IMG/VR virus record: IMGVR_UViG_3300037827_000551
Span: 1 to 64,000 of that record
Source: a virus
Direction: 5' to 3' (one strand)
DNA length: 64,000 bases
A program made the translations under genes and the position numbers. Within the stretch, counting starts at the first letter, position 1. Every line of letters begins with the position of its first letter. Below are positions 17,436-26,350 of the stretch, one piece after another. Under the pieces are notes generated by a model that saw only the letters and a list, made by a program, of their open reading frames with translations, had not been told where the DNA came from and did not search any database.

Positions 17436-17553
17436 CTATCAATGGATCATGGCTCGATGTCGCCTACGAGGCTTTTGACTTGGCCTGTCACCGCTACGCG
17501 TCTCCACTTGAATTGGAATGGCTGTGCGGACAGGAATACGAGGTGGCAGAATC

Positions 17554-17850
17554 ATGAATCGCCGTAAATTCTTCGCCATGGCCTCGGTGCCGGCAGTCAC
17601 ACCGCTCCCGAGGATTGCGTCCGATCGAGCACGGTGGCGAAATACCAAGGACCGTTGGGAGCTGCTCGACCCCAATGGCGACCTTCTTGGAATCGTGAGC
17701 CATCCGACGCAGTACGGCTTCCACGTGGCAGCGACGACCCGTGAACCGGCTGTGTGCCGCTATGATTTTAGGGATTGCCGTGAGGCCAAGCGGTGGCTTG
17801 TGAAACAGATCTGGTATCCTGGGTGCAAGCCGCCGCTGGAGGGGATATGA
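17554..17850 (+). CDS. Hypothetical protein with twin-arginine-like N-terminus
   Basis: GAGGTG RBS; MNRRKFFAMASVPA. Confidence 0.6.
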   Translation: MNRRKFFAMASVPAVTPLPRIASDRARWRNTKDRWELLDPNGDLLGIVSHPTQYGFHVAATTREPAVCRYDFRDCREAKRWLVKQIWYPGCKPPLEGI

Positions 17851-17866
17851 AGGACAAGGAGAACTC

Positions 17867-18190
17867 GTGAACCCAATTGTGCCGCCCACCGCCGAGATGT
17901 CGTGGCAGCAAGTTGCCGTCTGGATTGGCTTTTATGTCACGCAAGCGCTGATCGCCTGGATGATGTACAATAACCACAAATTGATGAACTCAAGGCTCTC
18001 TGAACTCCAAGAAGAGACCAAGAAAGCCTCGCACGCCGAGGGAATGGCCCAAGGAACCGAGATCGAACGCCTGCGTTCCGGGGACATGTTGGCCGCGAAA
18101 GTCGTCCCGGTTCCCGAAGTCACACAGATCATCGAACGGCACGGCAATGGTCCAAATGAACGCCACGAGGAAATCAAGGGGGAAGCATGA
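17867..18190 (+). CDS. Single-TM membrane protein, holin-like
   Basis: AAGGAG RBS; one TM helix, then HKLMNSRLSELQEETKKASHAEG. Confidence 0.6.
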   Translation: MNPIVPPTAEMSWQQVAVWIGFYVTQALIAWMMYNNHKLMNSRLSELQEETKKASHAEGMAQGTEIERLRSGDMLAAKVVPVPEVTQIIERHGNGPNERHEEIKGEA

Positions 18191-18402
18191 TATCAGTCAG
18201 CACGGCAGTCTGGGTGGTCGTTTACCTCATTGTCGGCGGCATCGTGTTCGGCCTGCTCAACCTGCTGGTTGACCGGGCTCCGTTCATGCCCGAGGGCTGG
18301 AAGCCGATCGCGAAGTATATTCTGTTGGTCTTGGCAGTCCTGGTGCTGATCGGGATTTTGGTTTCGCTCTTTGGTGGCGGAGGTCCGATCTTTCGGGCGT
18401 GA
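18187..18402 (+). CDS. Small two-TM membrane protein, holin candidate
   Basis: Two hydrophobic helices separated by APFMPEGWK. Confidence 0.65.
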   Translation: MISVSTAVWVVVYLIVGGIVFGLLNLLVDRAPFMPEGWKPIAKYILLVLAVLVLIGILVSLFGGGGPIFRA

Positions 18403-18708
18403 CGATGGAGGTGTTGCCGCCAGCAAGATTTTCGGCAATACTAATGATCTGACAAACAGAGCCTGACCAGGACTCGCGATCCCAGTCAGACTCCTGACGA
18501 CCCGCTTTCACGGGCCGCTACTGAGTTGATCAGGAACCCAGCAACAACACCGAAATAGCGGCTCTCTGATTAGAACCGTAATCCGGGAGGGCCGACGACA
18601 TGACCCCGCAGGAAGCCCAAGATTGGGCTCAAGTTTTCTCGTTTTTGGCATACCTGCTGCTAGATGTATTTGTAAAGATTCGACGCGCTCTCAGAGACGA
18701 GGACATCA

Positions 18709-19029
18709 ATGCCCATGCAAATCAACCTGGACGGGGGATCGAGTCTCGAAATGGCGGCGATCCCGTACAGTCGGGAGGAGACAATGTACACGCAAGCAGT
18801 GAACCCGCAAAGCCTTCGGGCTGCGCCCCAAGCATCAATGCCAAGCCGAATCTTCCGCATTCTAGCCAAGCGCCCTGATATTCTGATCACGCTCGCCCTC
18901 GGCCTGATCGTTTTGATTTGCTCGGTCATGAGCGTGGTCGTCAATCGGGCCAAGCACGCCAAGCTCCAGGGCGAGATTACCCGGATCGAGCAGCGACTGG
19001 ATTCGCATCCGGCGGCGAGCCATCACTGA
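18709..19029 (+). CDS. Membrane protein with C-terminal coiled coil (lysis-associated candidate)
   Basis: GAGG RBS; TM helix ILITLALGLIVLICSVMSVVV. Overlaps the alternative ORF 18600-18878. Confidence 0.5.
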   Translation: MPMQINLDGGSSLEMAAIPYSREETMYTQAVNPQSLRAAPQASMPSRIFRILAKRPDILITLALGLIVLICSVMSVVVNRAKHAKLQGEITRIEQRLDSHPAASHH

Positions 19030-19149
19030 TTCACAGAGGCTGGACACTCGCCTCGTGAGCCCTCTCTCGGATAATCCGTAGCGTGACGAGAATGAGGGTG
19101 CGGATTGCAACCTACGGTCCATGGTGATTTTTCATGGTTGCTTGCTCCG

Positions 19150-19188
19150 GGAGGCGAGAGGCCCGAAACCCTCGCCTCCATTTTTTTA
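19150..19188 (+). terminator. Intrinsic terminator
   Basis: GGAGGCGAG...CTCGCCTCC stem followed by ATTTTTTT. Confidence 0.7.
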
Positions 19189-19199
19189 AGGATATCAGT

Positions 19200-19424
19200 A
19201 TGTTTCCGAACTTTCGCATTATCTCTGATGGTCCGCTCACCGGCACGACTTCATTTATCTCAAATGAAGCCTTGTATTCATTTCGATTGGGGAAACCTGA
19301 TTTGCCAGTGGTGTCTCCAACGGAAACAACACAAAGCTCGCGTTTTGCTGGACAAGATGTTTTAGTTCCAGAATCTGAAGTGACCGAGCAAGCCACTGAC
19401 GAGAATTTGACGAGTGAACCGTGA
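19200..19424 (+). CDS. Small hypothetical protein
   Basis: AAGGA RBS before ATG 19200. Confidence 0.45.
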   Translation: MFPNFRIISDGPLTGTTSFISNEALYSFRLGKPDLPVVSPTETTQSSRFAGQDVLVPESEVTEQATDENLTSEP

Positions 19425-19453
19425 GGGCCGCTCCATTTTTTAGGATGGGGCTT

Positions 19454-19861
19454 ATGACGGCAAAAGAGATTTTGGATAAAGCGAGGGCGGCGAACATGGA
19501 TTTACCTCCGGTTACTCCTGGTCCGACTGGAGCAGGGCCAATGGGTCAATCAGGTGTAAGCCCGTCGTCCACGATCAGGGAGGCCGCCGAGCGAGAATTC
19601 ATGGGACGTGGCGGACCTCCTGTTACGGTTCCTCGGAAACTCGACCAGGCCGAGCATGGCGGATGCACCCCACCAGTGTTGCCGCTCCACGATCACTACG
19701 ACGACTTAATCAAGGCTCTCGATGATCATATCGAGAGCCTCAAGCGATCCCTAGAGACCCAGGGACGGACTATTGACCTCTTGTCCCAAATCATTGACCG
19801 GATGACCCAGCAAGAAGAAAGCGCCGACGATGTGGAGCCGGCGAATAAGAGGAGTTTGTGA
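19454..19861 (+). CDS. Hypothetical protein (Pro/Gly-rich + coiled coil)
   Basis: AGGA/GGGG RBS; stop overlaps the next GTG. Confidence 0.55.
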   Translation: MTAKEILDKARAANMDLPPVTPGPTGAGPMGQSGVSPSSTIREAAEREFMGRGGPPVTVPRKLDQAEHGGCTPPVLPLHDHYDDLIKALDDHIESLKRSLETQGRTIDLLSQIIDRMTQQEESADDVEPANKRSL

Positions 19862-20193
19862 GGGAAATTATCAAATGCCTCAAATGCGGCCATGACATGA
19901 ACGAAGAAGGGATAAGCTTCAATGGTTATCCTAGATTTGTTTGTGGGAATTGCCACGAAGCAATTGCAATTATGGATGGACCAACCACAAAAGAAGTCAC
20001 TGAATCCAAGTCGTCGATTTGGCCTCCGCTCATGTTTTTCGCGGACAGGATGTTTAGCGACGAGGTTCGTGTAATCATGAAGGAAAGCATCCTTCGGGGA
20101 ATTAACAACGGCTTTTTTATCATCGATGCCTCGACCGATGTTTTTCAGATGGTCGATGGCAGGTGGTCTCGGATTCGGGAGAAGCCAGAGTGA
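19858..20193 (+). CDS. Zn-ribbon protein
   Basis: GAGGAG RBS; CLKCG...CGNC. Confidence 0.6.
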   Translation: MREIIKCLKCGHDMNEEGISFNGYPRFVCGNCHEAIAIMDGPTTKEVTESKSSIWPPLMFFADRMFSDEVRVIMKESILRGINNGFFIIDASTDVFQMVDGRWSRIREKPE

Positions 20194-20314
20194 CTATCAA
20201 TGAAGCCAGGATCACGGCGAAGATTGACCTTCTCTCGAATCTCTTGGTATTCTCTAGGGTTGTGAATCGTTACCAGCAATTGCCATTGCTATTGGTTTAT
20301 AGCCAGAGTTAACC

Positions 20315-20578
20315 ATGATTGACATCGCGATCGAAACGATCATATCTCTCAAGGATGCCGCGAAACGATTTCCACCAGGTCGCGGAGGGCGTCCAACCCA
20401 TCACTCTACGCTTTGCCGCCTAATTCAAGAGCGCAAACTCGAAGGCATTCGCATGGGAAGCCATTGGTGTACCAGCGTAGAAGCTCTTCAGCGGTACGCA
20501 GACCGAGAGACTGCAATAGCTTTAGGAAACAAACCCGTTAGGCGACCCTACTGGAGTCACAATGAAGACGGTGAATGA
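20315..20578 (+). CDS. DUF1580-like excisionase/MerR-type HTH DNA-binding protein (typical of Planctomycetes)
   Basis: MIDIAIETIISLKDAAKRFPPGRGGRPTHHSTL...LEGIRMGSHWCTSVEALQRY. Confidence 0.8.
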   Translation: MIDIAIETIISLKDAAKRFPPGRGGRPTHHSTLCRLIQERKLEGIRMGSHWCTSVEALQRYADRETAIALGNKPVRRPYWSHNEDGE

Positions 20579-20765
20579 AGCGATCGCTGCTCTTCGGGAA
20601 GCCCAGGAGAAGGCTGATATAGCGAAAGCGGCCCATGATGAGGCCGCTACTATTTTTCGCAAAGCCGGCGAGATATTCGAGACCAAAAAATTCGACTACC
20701 GAGAGGCCATGCAGGAGATCAAGCGAGCCGAAGATGCGTGTCTTGAAGCCATCAGGTGGAATTGA
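20562..20765 (+). CDS. Small coiled-coil protein
   Basis: GGAG RBS; Ala/Glu/Lys-rich helix. Confidence 0.5.
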   Translation: MKTVNEAIAALREAQEKADIAKAAHDEAATIFRKAGEIFETKKFDYREAMQEIKRAEDACLEAIRWN

Positions 20766-20778
20766 GAGAGGCTGTCAA

Positions 20779-21132
20779 ATGAAATCACCCCCCACCTACA
20801 AGCCACGTTGGATGCCGTCCGCCAAGGAGGTCAAGGCTGATCGTGACAGCCAATATGATCGTACGCGGCGAGATCGCGAGGCCAAGGCGTTTTATAACTC
20901 TCAGGCGTGGAAGGCGTTGGCGAAGTTAGTGTTGGCCAAGCGTCCCTACTGCGAGTGCGAGGAGTGCACCAAGGCTGAGCTTTACACTCCGGCAACCCTG
21001 GTGCACCATGTGCGGGAGTTGTCAGAGTGCCCGGAACTAGGGTTGAATGAGGAGAACCTACGGAGCTATAGCCAGCGATGTCATTCCAGGGAACACTTCA
21101 GGAGGGGAAGGCATCAGTCTACTCAAGGATGA
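20779..21132 (+). CDS. Terminase-associated HNH endonuclease (HK97 gp74-like)
   Basis: FYNSQAWK...PYCEC..C...ATLVHH...ENLRSYSQRCHSREH. Confidence 0.85.
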   Translation: MKSPPTYKPRWMPSAKEVKADRDSQYDRTRRDREAKAFYNSQAWKALAKLVLAKRPYCECEECTKAELYTPATLVHHVRELSECPELGLNEENLRSYSQRCHSREHFRRGRHQSTQG

Positions 21133-21145
21133 AATGGCCTACCAC

Positions 21146-21694
21146 ATAAAAGCATGCTTAAGCATGCTTTTATACGTATACATCTCTACGTTTATCAAAG
21201 TAATCCATGCACCTACCCACATGAACGATCAAACATGTAAGATTAATTAATTTTGAGTGCATGCAAATCCGCACCTGCCATATAAAAGCATGCTTAAGCA
21301 TGCTTTTATAGTATGTCTATACTGGGGTTTCACGACATGTTCCTGCCTTGGGTTTACCACCTCTTTCGATAGGTGCATTCAATAACTCCATGCATGCACC
21401 TACGTCACATCCTCGTCTCTCGTCTCGCCCAACTGCTCGCATGCAATCCTGGCTGCATAGCGGATCGCCGCACTGAAACTAGCTACATCCGGAGCTTCGG
21501 CTTCAATGCGGGCTAGTCGGTCGATCGTATCTTGGTCCAGGGTAATGGTTTTGGTCTGATTGAATCGCGTAGCTCGGCCTTGCTTGGTTCGTTCGGTTGT
21601 CACTGTCTCGCTCATGGTCGCACTCCACTGTAAAAGATTTTGGTTTCACCACGAATGCCCTGTCACATAAAAGCATGCTTAAGCATGCTTTTAT
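21146..21694. promoter_or_regulatory. Three perfect palindromes ATAAAAGCATGCTTAAGCATGCTTTTAT (21146-21173, 21281-21310, 21667-21694)
   Basis: Exact 28-30 bp self-complementary sequence. Copies 1 and 3 lie in a 64-bp exact direct repeat (21143-21206 / 21664-21727). Confidence 0.85.
21400..21615 (-). CDS. Ribbon-helix-helix (CopG/Arc-like) DNA-binding protein
   Basis: TKTITLDQDTIDRLARI...SFSAAIRYAAR RHH pattern; GGAG RBS. Confidence 0.75.
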   Translation of the reverse strand: MSETVTTERTKQGRATRFNQTKTITLDQDTIDRLARIEAEAPDVASFSAAIRYAARIACEQLGETRDEDVT

Positions 21695-22168
21695 ACGTAT
21701 ACATCTCTACGTTTATCAAAGTAATCCGCACATTTATCCACTTGTGCACCCATGCACCTACTATGCACCTATACCAATAAACCATCAAACATATAAGCCA
21801 AACAGGATTTGAGTGCATGCACATTTGAACCTGCTCTACACCTACGTCAATGCGTGCACTTGGAATGCATCCATGCGAAGCAGTAGAATGCATCCATGCG
21901 AAGCCATAGATCAATACCGGTTTACACGTAATCAGAAATTACCCCAAAATAGCGGAAAATATAGGATTTTAGCGGCCTCTAGATTGCCATGGATTCGATC
22001 CATGTATCATGCCTCACCGGTCGATCGACTAGTCGTTCCGACTCGTCCTAAAGCCCGCTAGCCCTTGGAAGCCACAGGATGCCGCAGGGGAAATCCTTGG
22101 CTCGGTATCGATTCCACGCTGGCTGCGCCATCTCGACGCCTAGTCGCTCATCGTAAGACCGTAAACGC

Positions 22169-22210
22169 GAAAAAGGTCAGCGCCTCGCCTGATGGCGAAT
22201 CGCTGACCTT
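22169..22210 (-). terminator. Intrinsic terminator ending the leftward cassette
   Basis: AAGGTCAGCG...CGCTGACCTT hairpin, with a T-run following on the - strand. Confidence 0.7.
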
Positions 22211-22238
22211 AGGGTATGTTCTGGTGGTGGCCCGTACG

Positions 22239-22496
22239 CTAGGCCGAGGCTTGGACCCGAGTCACTAGCTCAGATCCACATGTCGTCTCGTGCTCGCTCT
22301 GAAATTTCCGGACTCGGACGGTAACTGGCCAGGACGTACATCTACTTATAGTACACCGGCACTCGCAGCATTGATATACCGTTCTTCGGGCGCCAGTGTG
22401 AATTATTCCAACAACATTTTTTCGTCGCAGGCGAGGATAGGCTATCCGGATAGCCTGCGCTATGGTCATTGGTTCTGATTGGGTGATTGTAGTCAT
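22239..22496 (-). CDS. Small Cys/His (Zn-binding) early protein
   Basis: GAGGA RBS; CCECRC...H...C. Confidence 0.6.
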   Translation of the reverse strand: MTTITQSEPMTIAQAIRIAYPRLRRKNVVGIIHTGARRTVYQCCECRCTISRCTSWPVTVRVRKFQSEHETTCGSELVTRVQASA

Positions 22497-22532
22497 GGTT
22501 TTTCCTCGAGTTTCTTGGATTCGCGAAACGAT

Positions 22533-22745
22533 TCAGAAAGCAGCCTGGACACAGCCATGCGACATCTCCTCTTTAGAGTTTCGCTCCACTCTCGGGAGAC
22601 GTCGAACCGCTCGGCATCCCCTAGAAAGGGCAGTCCAAGCTCCCCAATGCGCTCGACAATCGGAATAACGTTCGGTAAAATGTCGCCCCGATTCGTCGCG
22701 GACCGTGAGGCGGGAAAGCGCAAAAACTCGGGATTCGAGCGTCAT
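22533..22745 (-). CDS. Small basic early protein
   Basis: GGAGA RBS of the cassette type. Confidence 0.5.
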   Translation of the reverse strand: MTLESRVFALSRLTVRDESGRHFTERYSDCRAHWGAWTALSRGCRAVRRLPRVERNSKEEMSHGCVQAAF

Positions 22746-22788
22746 CGTTAGATCTCCAAAAGTGTGATTGGATGCAATGCCACGCCGA

Positions 22789-23148
22789 TCAGCGTGGATA
22801 CCAATCGTCGTCCAGTGCAAGCCCTGTCGGCTCAAGCTTCTCGGCCAACTCGTCGGCGTCGCCGACATTGGTCTCAAACCACGCTTCCCAGTCGCCGCTC
22901 TCGCGCGCGTTCTCGACATCTTCGTCGCTCTCCGTCCCTGTACTGGACGTCGACCAGACAGTCACGGTATGCGGCTGGTTGCCGTAATACTCCCCCTCGC
23001 TCCAGCATGGAGACGCTTCAAGGTCACTGTAAACGTCGCCGTTCGGGGTTACCCGCACGGCGTGCCATCCGGGGCACGTCATGGATTTCAGCAAGGCTTC
23101 TCGGATCTCTTCGAGGATCTTTTTTTTGCTCACAGTCGCGGTCATCAT
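22789..23148 (-). CDS. Acidic early protein
   Basis: GGAGAC RBS element; D/E-rich C-terminal half. Confidence 0.7.
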   Translation of the reverse strand: MMTATVSKKKILEEIREALLKSMTCPGWHAVRVTPNGDVYSDLEASPCWSEGEYYGNQPHTVTVWSTSSTGTESDEDVENARESGDWEAWFETNVGDADELAEKLEPTGLALDDDWYPR

Positions 23149-23229
23149 GGTCAAGTCTCCATTCGTGGTTCGGTGCGGGTTTGGGATTTTGGTGTGCGGG
23201 TAATGTGTTGTCCGTGGCTCGCCTGGTGG

Positions 23230-23460
23230 TCAGATTCGTTTCCCGGAATTTTGGTCGATCAAAATTCCGGATGGATTGGTTCCTCCGAAAGTCACGATTT
23301 CGATGGCTTTCCGGGCCAACTCGAAAGTGGGATAGCCGATGCCCCAAAATATCGTAATCCGCCTTTCCGCCCCGCGCGGACCATGGTCGATCTGGTCCGA
23401 AAACGGACAGAAAAGACCATCGATCACAGCGATTTTCGGTTTCTCGTTTTCGGTCTTCAT
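23230..23460 (-). CDS. Small early protein
   Basis: GAATGGAGACCGAGATG start element. Confidence 0.6.
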   Translation of the reverse strand: MKTENEKPKIAVIDGLFCPFSDQIDHGPRGAERRITIFWGIGYPTFELARKAIEIVTFGGTNPSGILIDQNSGKRI

Positions 23461-23521
23461 CTCGGTCTCCATTCGTGGAAGATAGCCATGGCTTGGCCAG
23501 GGCTTTTGTTTGTGCCTGGCT

Positions 23522-23851
23522 TCAATACTCGATCTGATGGTTGTCGTCGAATCCGAGTCCACCTGGCTCATACTCGGGAAGCGCTTCAAGCCGTTTCCAC
23601 TCGGTGTGGAATTCGGATTCGCCACTCGCTCCGCTGTAGGTCGTACACCACGTGTTGTGGCTGGAACCGGGTGAATGATCGTTGGCGAACGTACCCTCCC
23701 AGATTTGGCCAAACACTTCATCAATCACGAACCATTGGCCAGAAAGGCCATCGGGGCTATCGGGTTCCTGATTCCGGTACTCGATTGTATCGATGAGATC
23801 GTCTGGAATTTCGGGAAAATCCGGTTCGTAGCCCTGAATGGTGGTTGTCAT
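23522..23851 (-). CDS. Highly acidic early protein
   Basis: GAGGAG RBS; D/E-rich, aromatic-rich sequence. Confidence 0.7.
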   Translation of the reverse strand: MTTTIQGYEPDFPEIPDDLIDTIEYRNQEPDSPDGLSGQWFVIDEVFGQIWEGTFANDHSPGSSHNTWCTTYSGASGESEFHTEWKRLEALPEYEPGGLGFDDNHQIEY

Positions 23852-23927
23852 CGTTTGTACTCCTCGAATTTGTGTGTGTTGATGCGTAAAAAACCGTGAA
23901 ATAGGCGGAATTAACTCCGAAAAACCG

Positions 23928-24437
23928 TCAGTTGATCAGGCCGACCTTGCGAGCCATTCGCTCGATTTCGTCAAGGTCGCTGGGGAGCGATTTCCGAAGA
24001 CCGAAGAACTTCGCATAAGCATTTGCTTTTTCGATGTATTCGCGAGCCGCGACAAGATAAATATCCTTGTATTTCGTTGTTCGCTTTGCCTTGCCAGCAT
24101 TCTCCCGAATTTGATCCATGTAGTGTCGCCAGTTCCAGTTGTGGTCGTTGGCGGACCGAGGATCGACGTTCGGCACAGTGAACGTCTGCACGTCTAATCC
24201 GCAGACTGCGGATTGCGCGGCCTGAACATGGCATGACGTCGTGACTGAGTAGCGGCGAGAGGTGAAGAGCACGGCGCGCGATTTCTTCGAGGTGTGAAAT
24301 CGAGCTACTTCTGTCGCGTAGCTAAGGTAAGAGGGACCGTGAAATGACACGTTTCCAGCGCTGCCCGATTTCTTGGTGGATTGTTGTGCCCATGCATGGG
24401 CCACATCGTATCGCGATGTGATTCGAGCGGTTCTCAT
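23928..24437 (-). CDS. Conserved phage early protein
   Basis: VAHAWAQQ...GNVSFHG..YLSYATEVAR...YSVTTSCH motif; GGAGAC RBS. Confidence 0.75.
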   Translation of the reverse strand: MRTARITSRYDVAHAWAQQSTKKSGSAGNVSFHGPSYLSYATEVARFHTSKKSRAVLFTSRRYSVTTSCHVQAAQSAVCGLDVQTFTVPNVDPRSANDHNWNWRHYMDQIRENAGKAKRTTKYKDIYLVAAREYIEKANAYAKFFGLRKSLPSDLDEIERMARKVGLIN

Positions 24438-24509
24438 GGTTCATGTCTCCGTGTGTTGATGGGTGAAAAAGCCTGAAAATAACCCTGAAATAGCGGAAAT
24501 AAACTCGAA

Positions 24510-25220
24510 TTAGCTGGGAAAGATTTCGAGTTTACCGTTGTCATTGGGAAGGATCGTGGTCTCGCCGAAAGCTTTGGACGCGGCGGTCAGCCTGGCTGCT
24601 CTAGGCTCTACCCAGTCACCATCCCAAAAACCGGCTCCGTGACCATTTCGGGTGAGCCAAAAATCATGGCCAGCGCGTTCGCTGTCCGAGAACCTCAGAT
24701 TAGTCGCGACGCAACCATAGCGAATATCGCCAATATTCGCATCAAAGAATGATCTGCATTCGTCTGTAATCAGCTGCATGGCTTCTGGCGTGAAGTCGTC
24801 GGTGGAGTAATAATCATCGAGAGCTTCTCCAGTGTCCATATCCACCGACGACCATAGAGCGCAATCGAGGTAAGCTTGCAGGAATTCGTCGAAGTCCGGC
24901 TCGAATGTGTCATCATCGGGCTCAGGGGGTAGCGGATCGTTGGGACGGATTGCGGCATCGCACCCGAAGCGCCCAGCGTAAGATTCGAGGTCTCCCAACA
25001 GTTCGGCTTCACTGTGATAATGCGGCCCTATCCGTGGCGCTTCTCCGTTAATTCGAGGCGTGCTCAAATCAACAATTCTCCATAGTCCACGAACTTCACA
25101 TAGGTAACCGAGTTCGACGAATCGGGTTTTGCGAACCACGTGCGTGACTCCGAGAAAAAAACGTTGGATGCGAGACCTGAATGACCGACGCAACCGGACA
25201 GGGATCTTAGCGATGATCAT
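24510..25220 (-). CDS. Early protein with an acidic C-terminal domain bearing the GHDFWLTRNGHGAGFWD motif
   Basis: FLQAYLDCALWSS...AGHDFWLTRNGHGAGFWDGDW. Duplicated RBS CGGAGTCACGCAC gives a second in-frame GTG start at 25139. Confidence 0.75.
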   Translation of the reverse strand: MIIAKIPVRLRRSFRSRIQRFFLGVTHVVRKTRFVELGYLCEVRGLWRIVDLSTPRINGEAPRIGPHYHSEAELLGDLESYAGRFGCDAAIRPNDPLPPEPDDDTFEPDFDEFLQAYLDCALWSSVDMDTGEALDDYYSTDDFTPEAMQLITDECRSFFDANIGDIRYGCVATNLRFSDSERAGHDFWLTRNGHGAGFWDGDWVEPRAARLTAASKAFGETTILPNDNGKLEIFPS

Positions 25221-25405
25221 GTGCGTGACTCCGTGATCTGGTTGTAGATGTGGTGGCCAGCAACGCGGAAAATCACCATGAGGGTGATTCCACCGACGAT
25301 AACCGCGATCGTGAATGCCGGAATCCCGAGCACTCCATTTACACATCCAATAATGACCATCGTTTCGAGAGTCGCTTGGATGATTTGGCGGGTGGCGGCT
25401 GTCAT
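25217..25405 (-). CDS. Small membrane protein
   Basis: CGGAGACC RBS element; long hydrophobic stretch. Confidence 0.65.
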   Translation of the reverse strand: MTAATRQIIQATLETMVIIGCVNGVLGIPAFTIAVIVGGITLMVIFRVAGHHIYNQITESRT

Positions 25406-25407
25406 GG

Positions 25408-25623
25408 TTAGGTCTCCGTTCGTGGTCCGCTCGCGACTTCGACTAAATCCAGCCATTCGGGTGGCGATCCAGCGTTTTTCAGGATCGCGAGGACCAAGCA
25501 AGTCTCCGCGTCGGTAACATAAGAGTTCAGGCCGACTGCGGCTTGGCCGGAATCGACATCGGACCGAATTCCGGCCTTCTGAAGTTCCACACGCGCCCAA
25601 TCGCTGGCAAATCTCGTTCTCAT
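25408..25623 (-). CDS. Small early protein
   Basis: AACCCCGAACCCCGAACGGAGACCGAGATG start element. Confidence 0.65.
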   Translation of the reverse strand: MRTRFASDWARVELQKAGIRSDVDSGQAAVGLNSYVTDAETCLVLAILKNAGSPPEWLDLVEVASGPRTET

Positions 25624-25667
25624 CTCGGTCTCCGTTCGGGGTTCGGGGTTTGGGGTCAAAATGCGGG

Positions 25668-26015
25668 TCAATCCTCGATATCCGAGACCAACCTTCGATG
25701 CAGTTCTTTCAGTTCGTCCTCGACGTCGCCGTTTTCGCAGCAATCTATGATCACCTCCGCGTCGTCGAGGTCCTCACAATCCCAGCCGGTACGGCACCAT
25801 GTCGTGTCTATGTTCCCGATGCCCGGGCAGCGAGCGGTAACGATCGGGCGCTCGTTGGGATCGATCTCAGCCCCCACAGAGTTGCCGATGTGCACGGACC
25901 CGTCAGCATAAAGGCCGAGAACCCATCCCCATGGAGCGGTCAGAAATTGGGCGAGTTCGGCCGGTCCCACGTTGTCTTGGATTAGGTTTTGGATCTCCGT
26001 TTTCGTCGCGGTCAT
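25668..26015 (-). CDS. Acidic early protein
   Basis: Start element present; D/E-rich. Confidence 0.7.
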   Translation of the reverse strand: MTATKTEIQNLIQDNVGPAELAQFLTAPWGWVLGLYADGSVHIGNSVGAEIDPNERPIVTARCPGIGNIDTTWCRTGWDCEDLDDAEVIIDCCENGDVEDELKELHRRLVSDIED

Positions 26016-26047
26016 CGTTCGGTCTCCGTTCGGGGTTTAGGTATGGG

Positions 26048-26320
26048 TCAGGATTCCGTCGGCGTGAACTCCCAATGCCAGTCGATCGGACCGTCCGAAC
26101 CTGGGGCATCCTCGTCAGTAAAATCGCCTGACGTGTCGCCCTGGCGAAGCTCCATCTCTATCACGTCGCATGGCTCTGGCGAAAGCACGATATCACCGCA
26201 GGCAAACACCTCGCCTTGAACCGAGTCATCCTCGACATAGAGTCCCAGGTAGATGCGATCATACCCAGGATGGGTCAGGCGGATCGTTCCGTCAGGAATT
26301 CGAGTTAGATTGGTGCTCAT
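26048..26320 (-). CDS. Highly acidic early protein
   Basis: Start element present; D/E-rich with few K/R. Confidence 0.7.
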   Translation of the reverse strand: MSTNLTRIPDGTIRLTHPGYDRIYLGLYVEDDSVQGEVFACGDIVLSPEPCDVIEMELRQGDTSGDFTDEDAPGSDGPIDWHWEFTPTES

Positions 26321-26350
26321 GATCTGGTCTTCCCTTCGGGGTTCGGGGTT

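Noticed and set aside
21146-21694. Palindromes as CRISPR repeats or a protelomerase site
   Set aside because: Spacing is irregular (about 135 and 385 bp), the flanks are themselves duplicated, and no protelomerase or cas gene is seen.
22764-23796. Long + strand ORFs (e.g. 22768-23796) and other antisense ORFs such as 13167-14168, 51352-52269 and 54042-55049
   Set aside because: Shadow ORFs opposite well-supported genes that have RBS and motif evidence; expected in GC-rich DNA.
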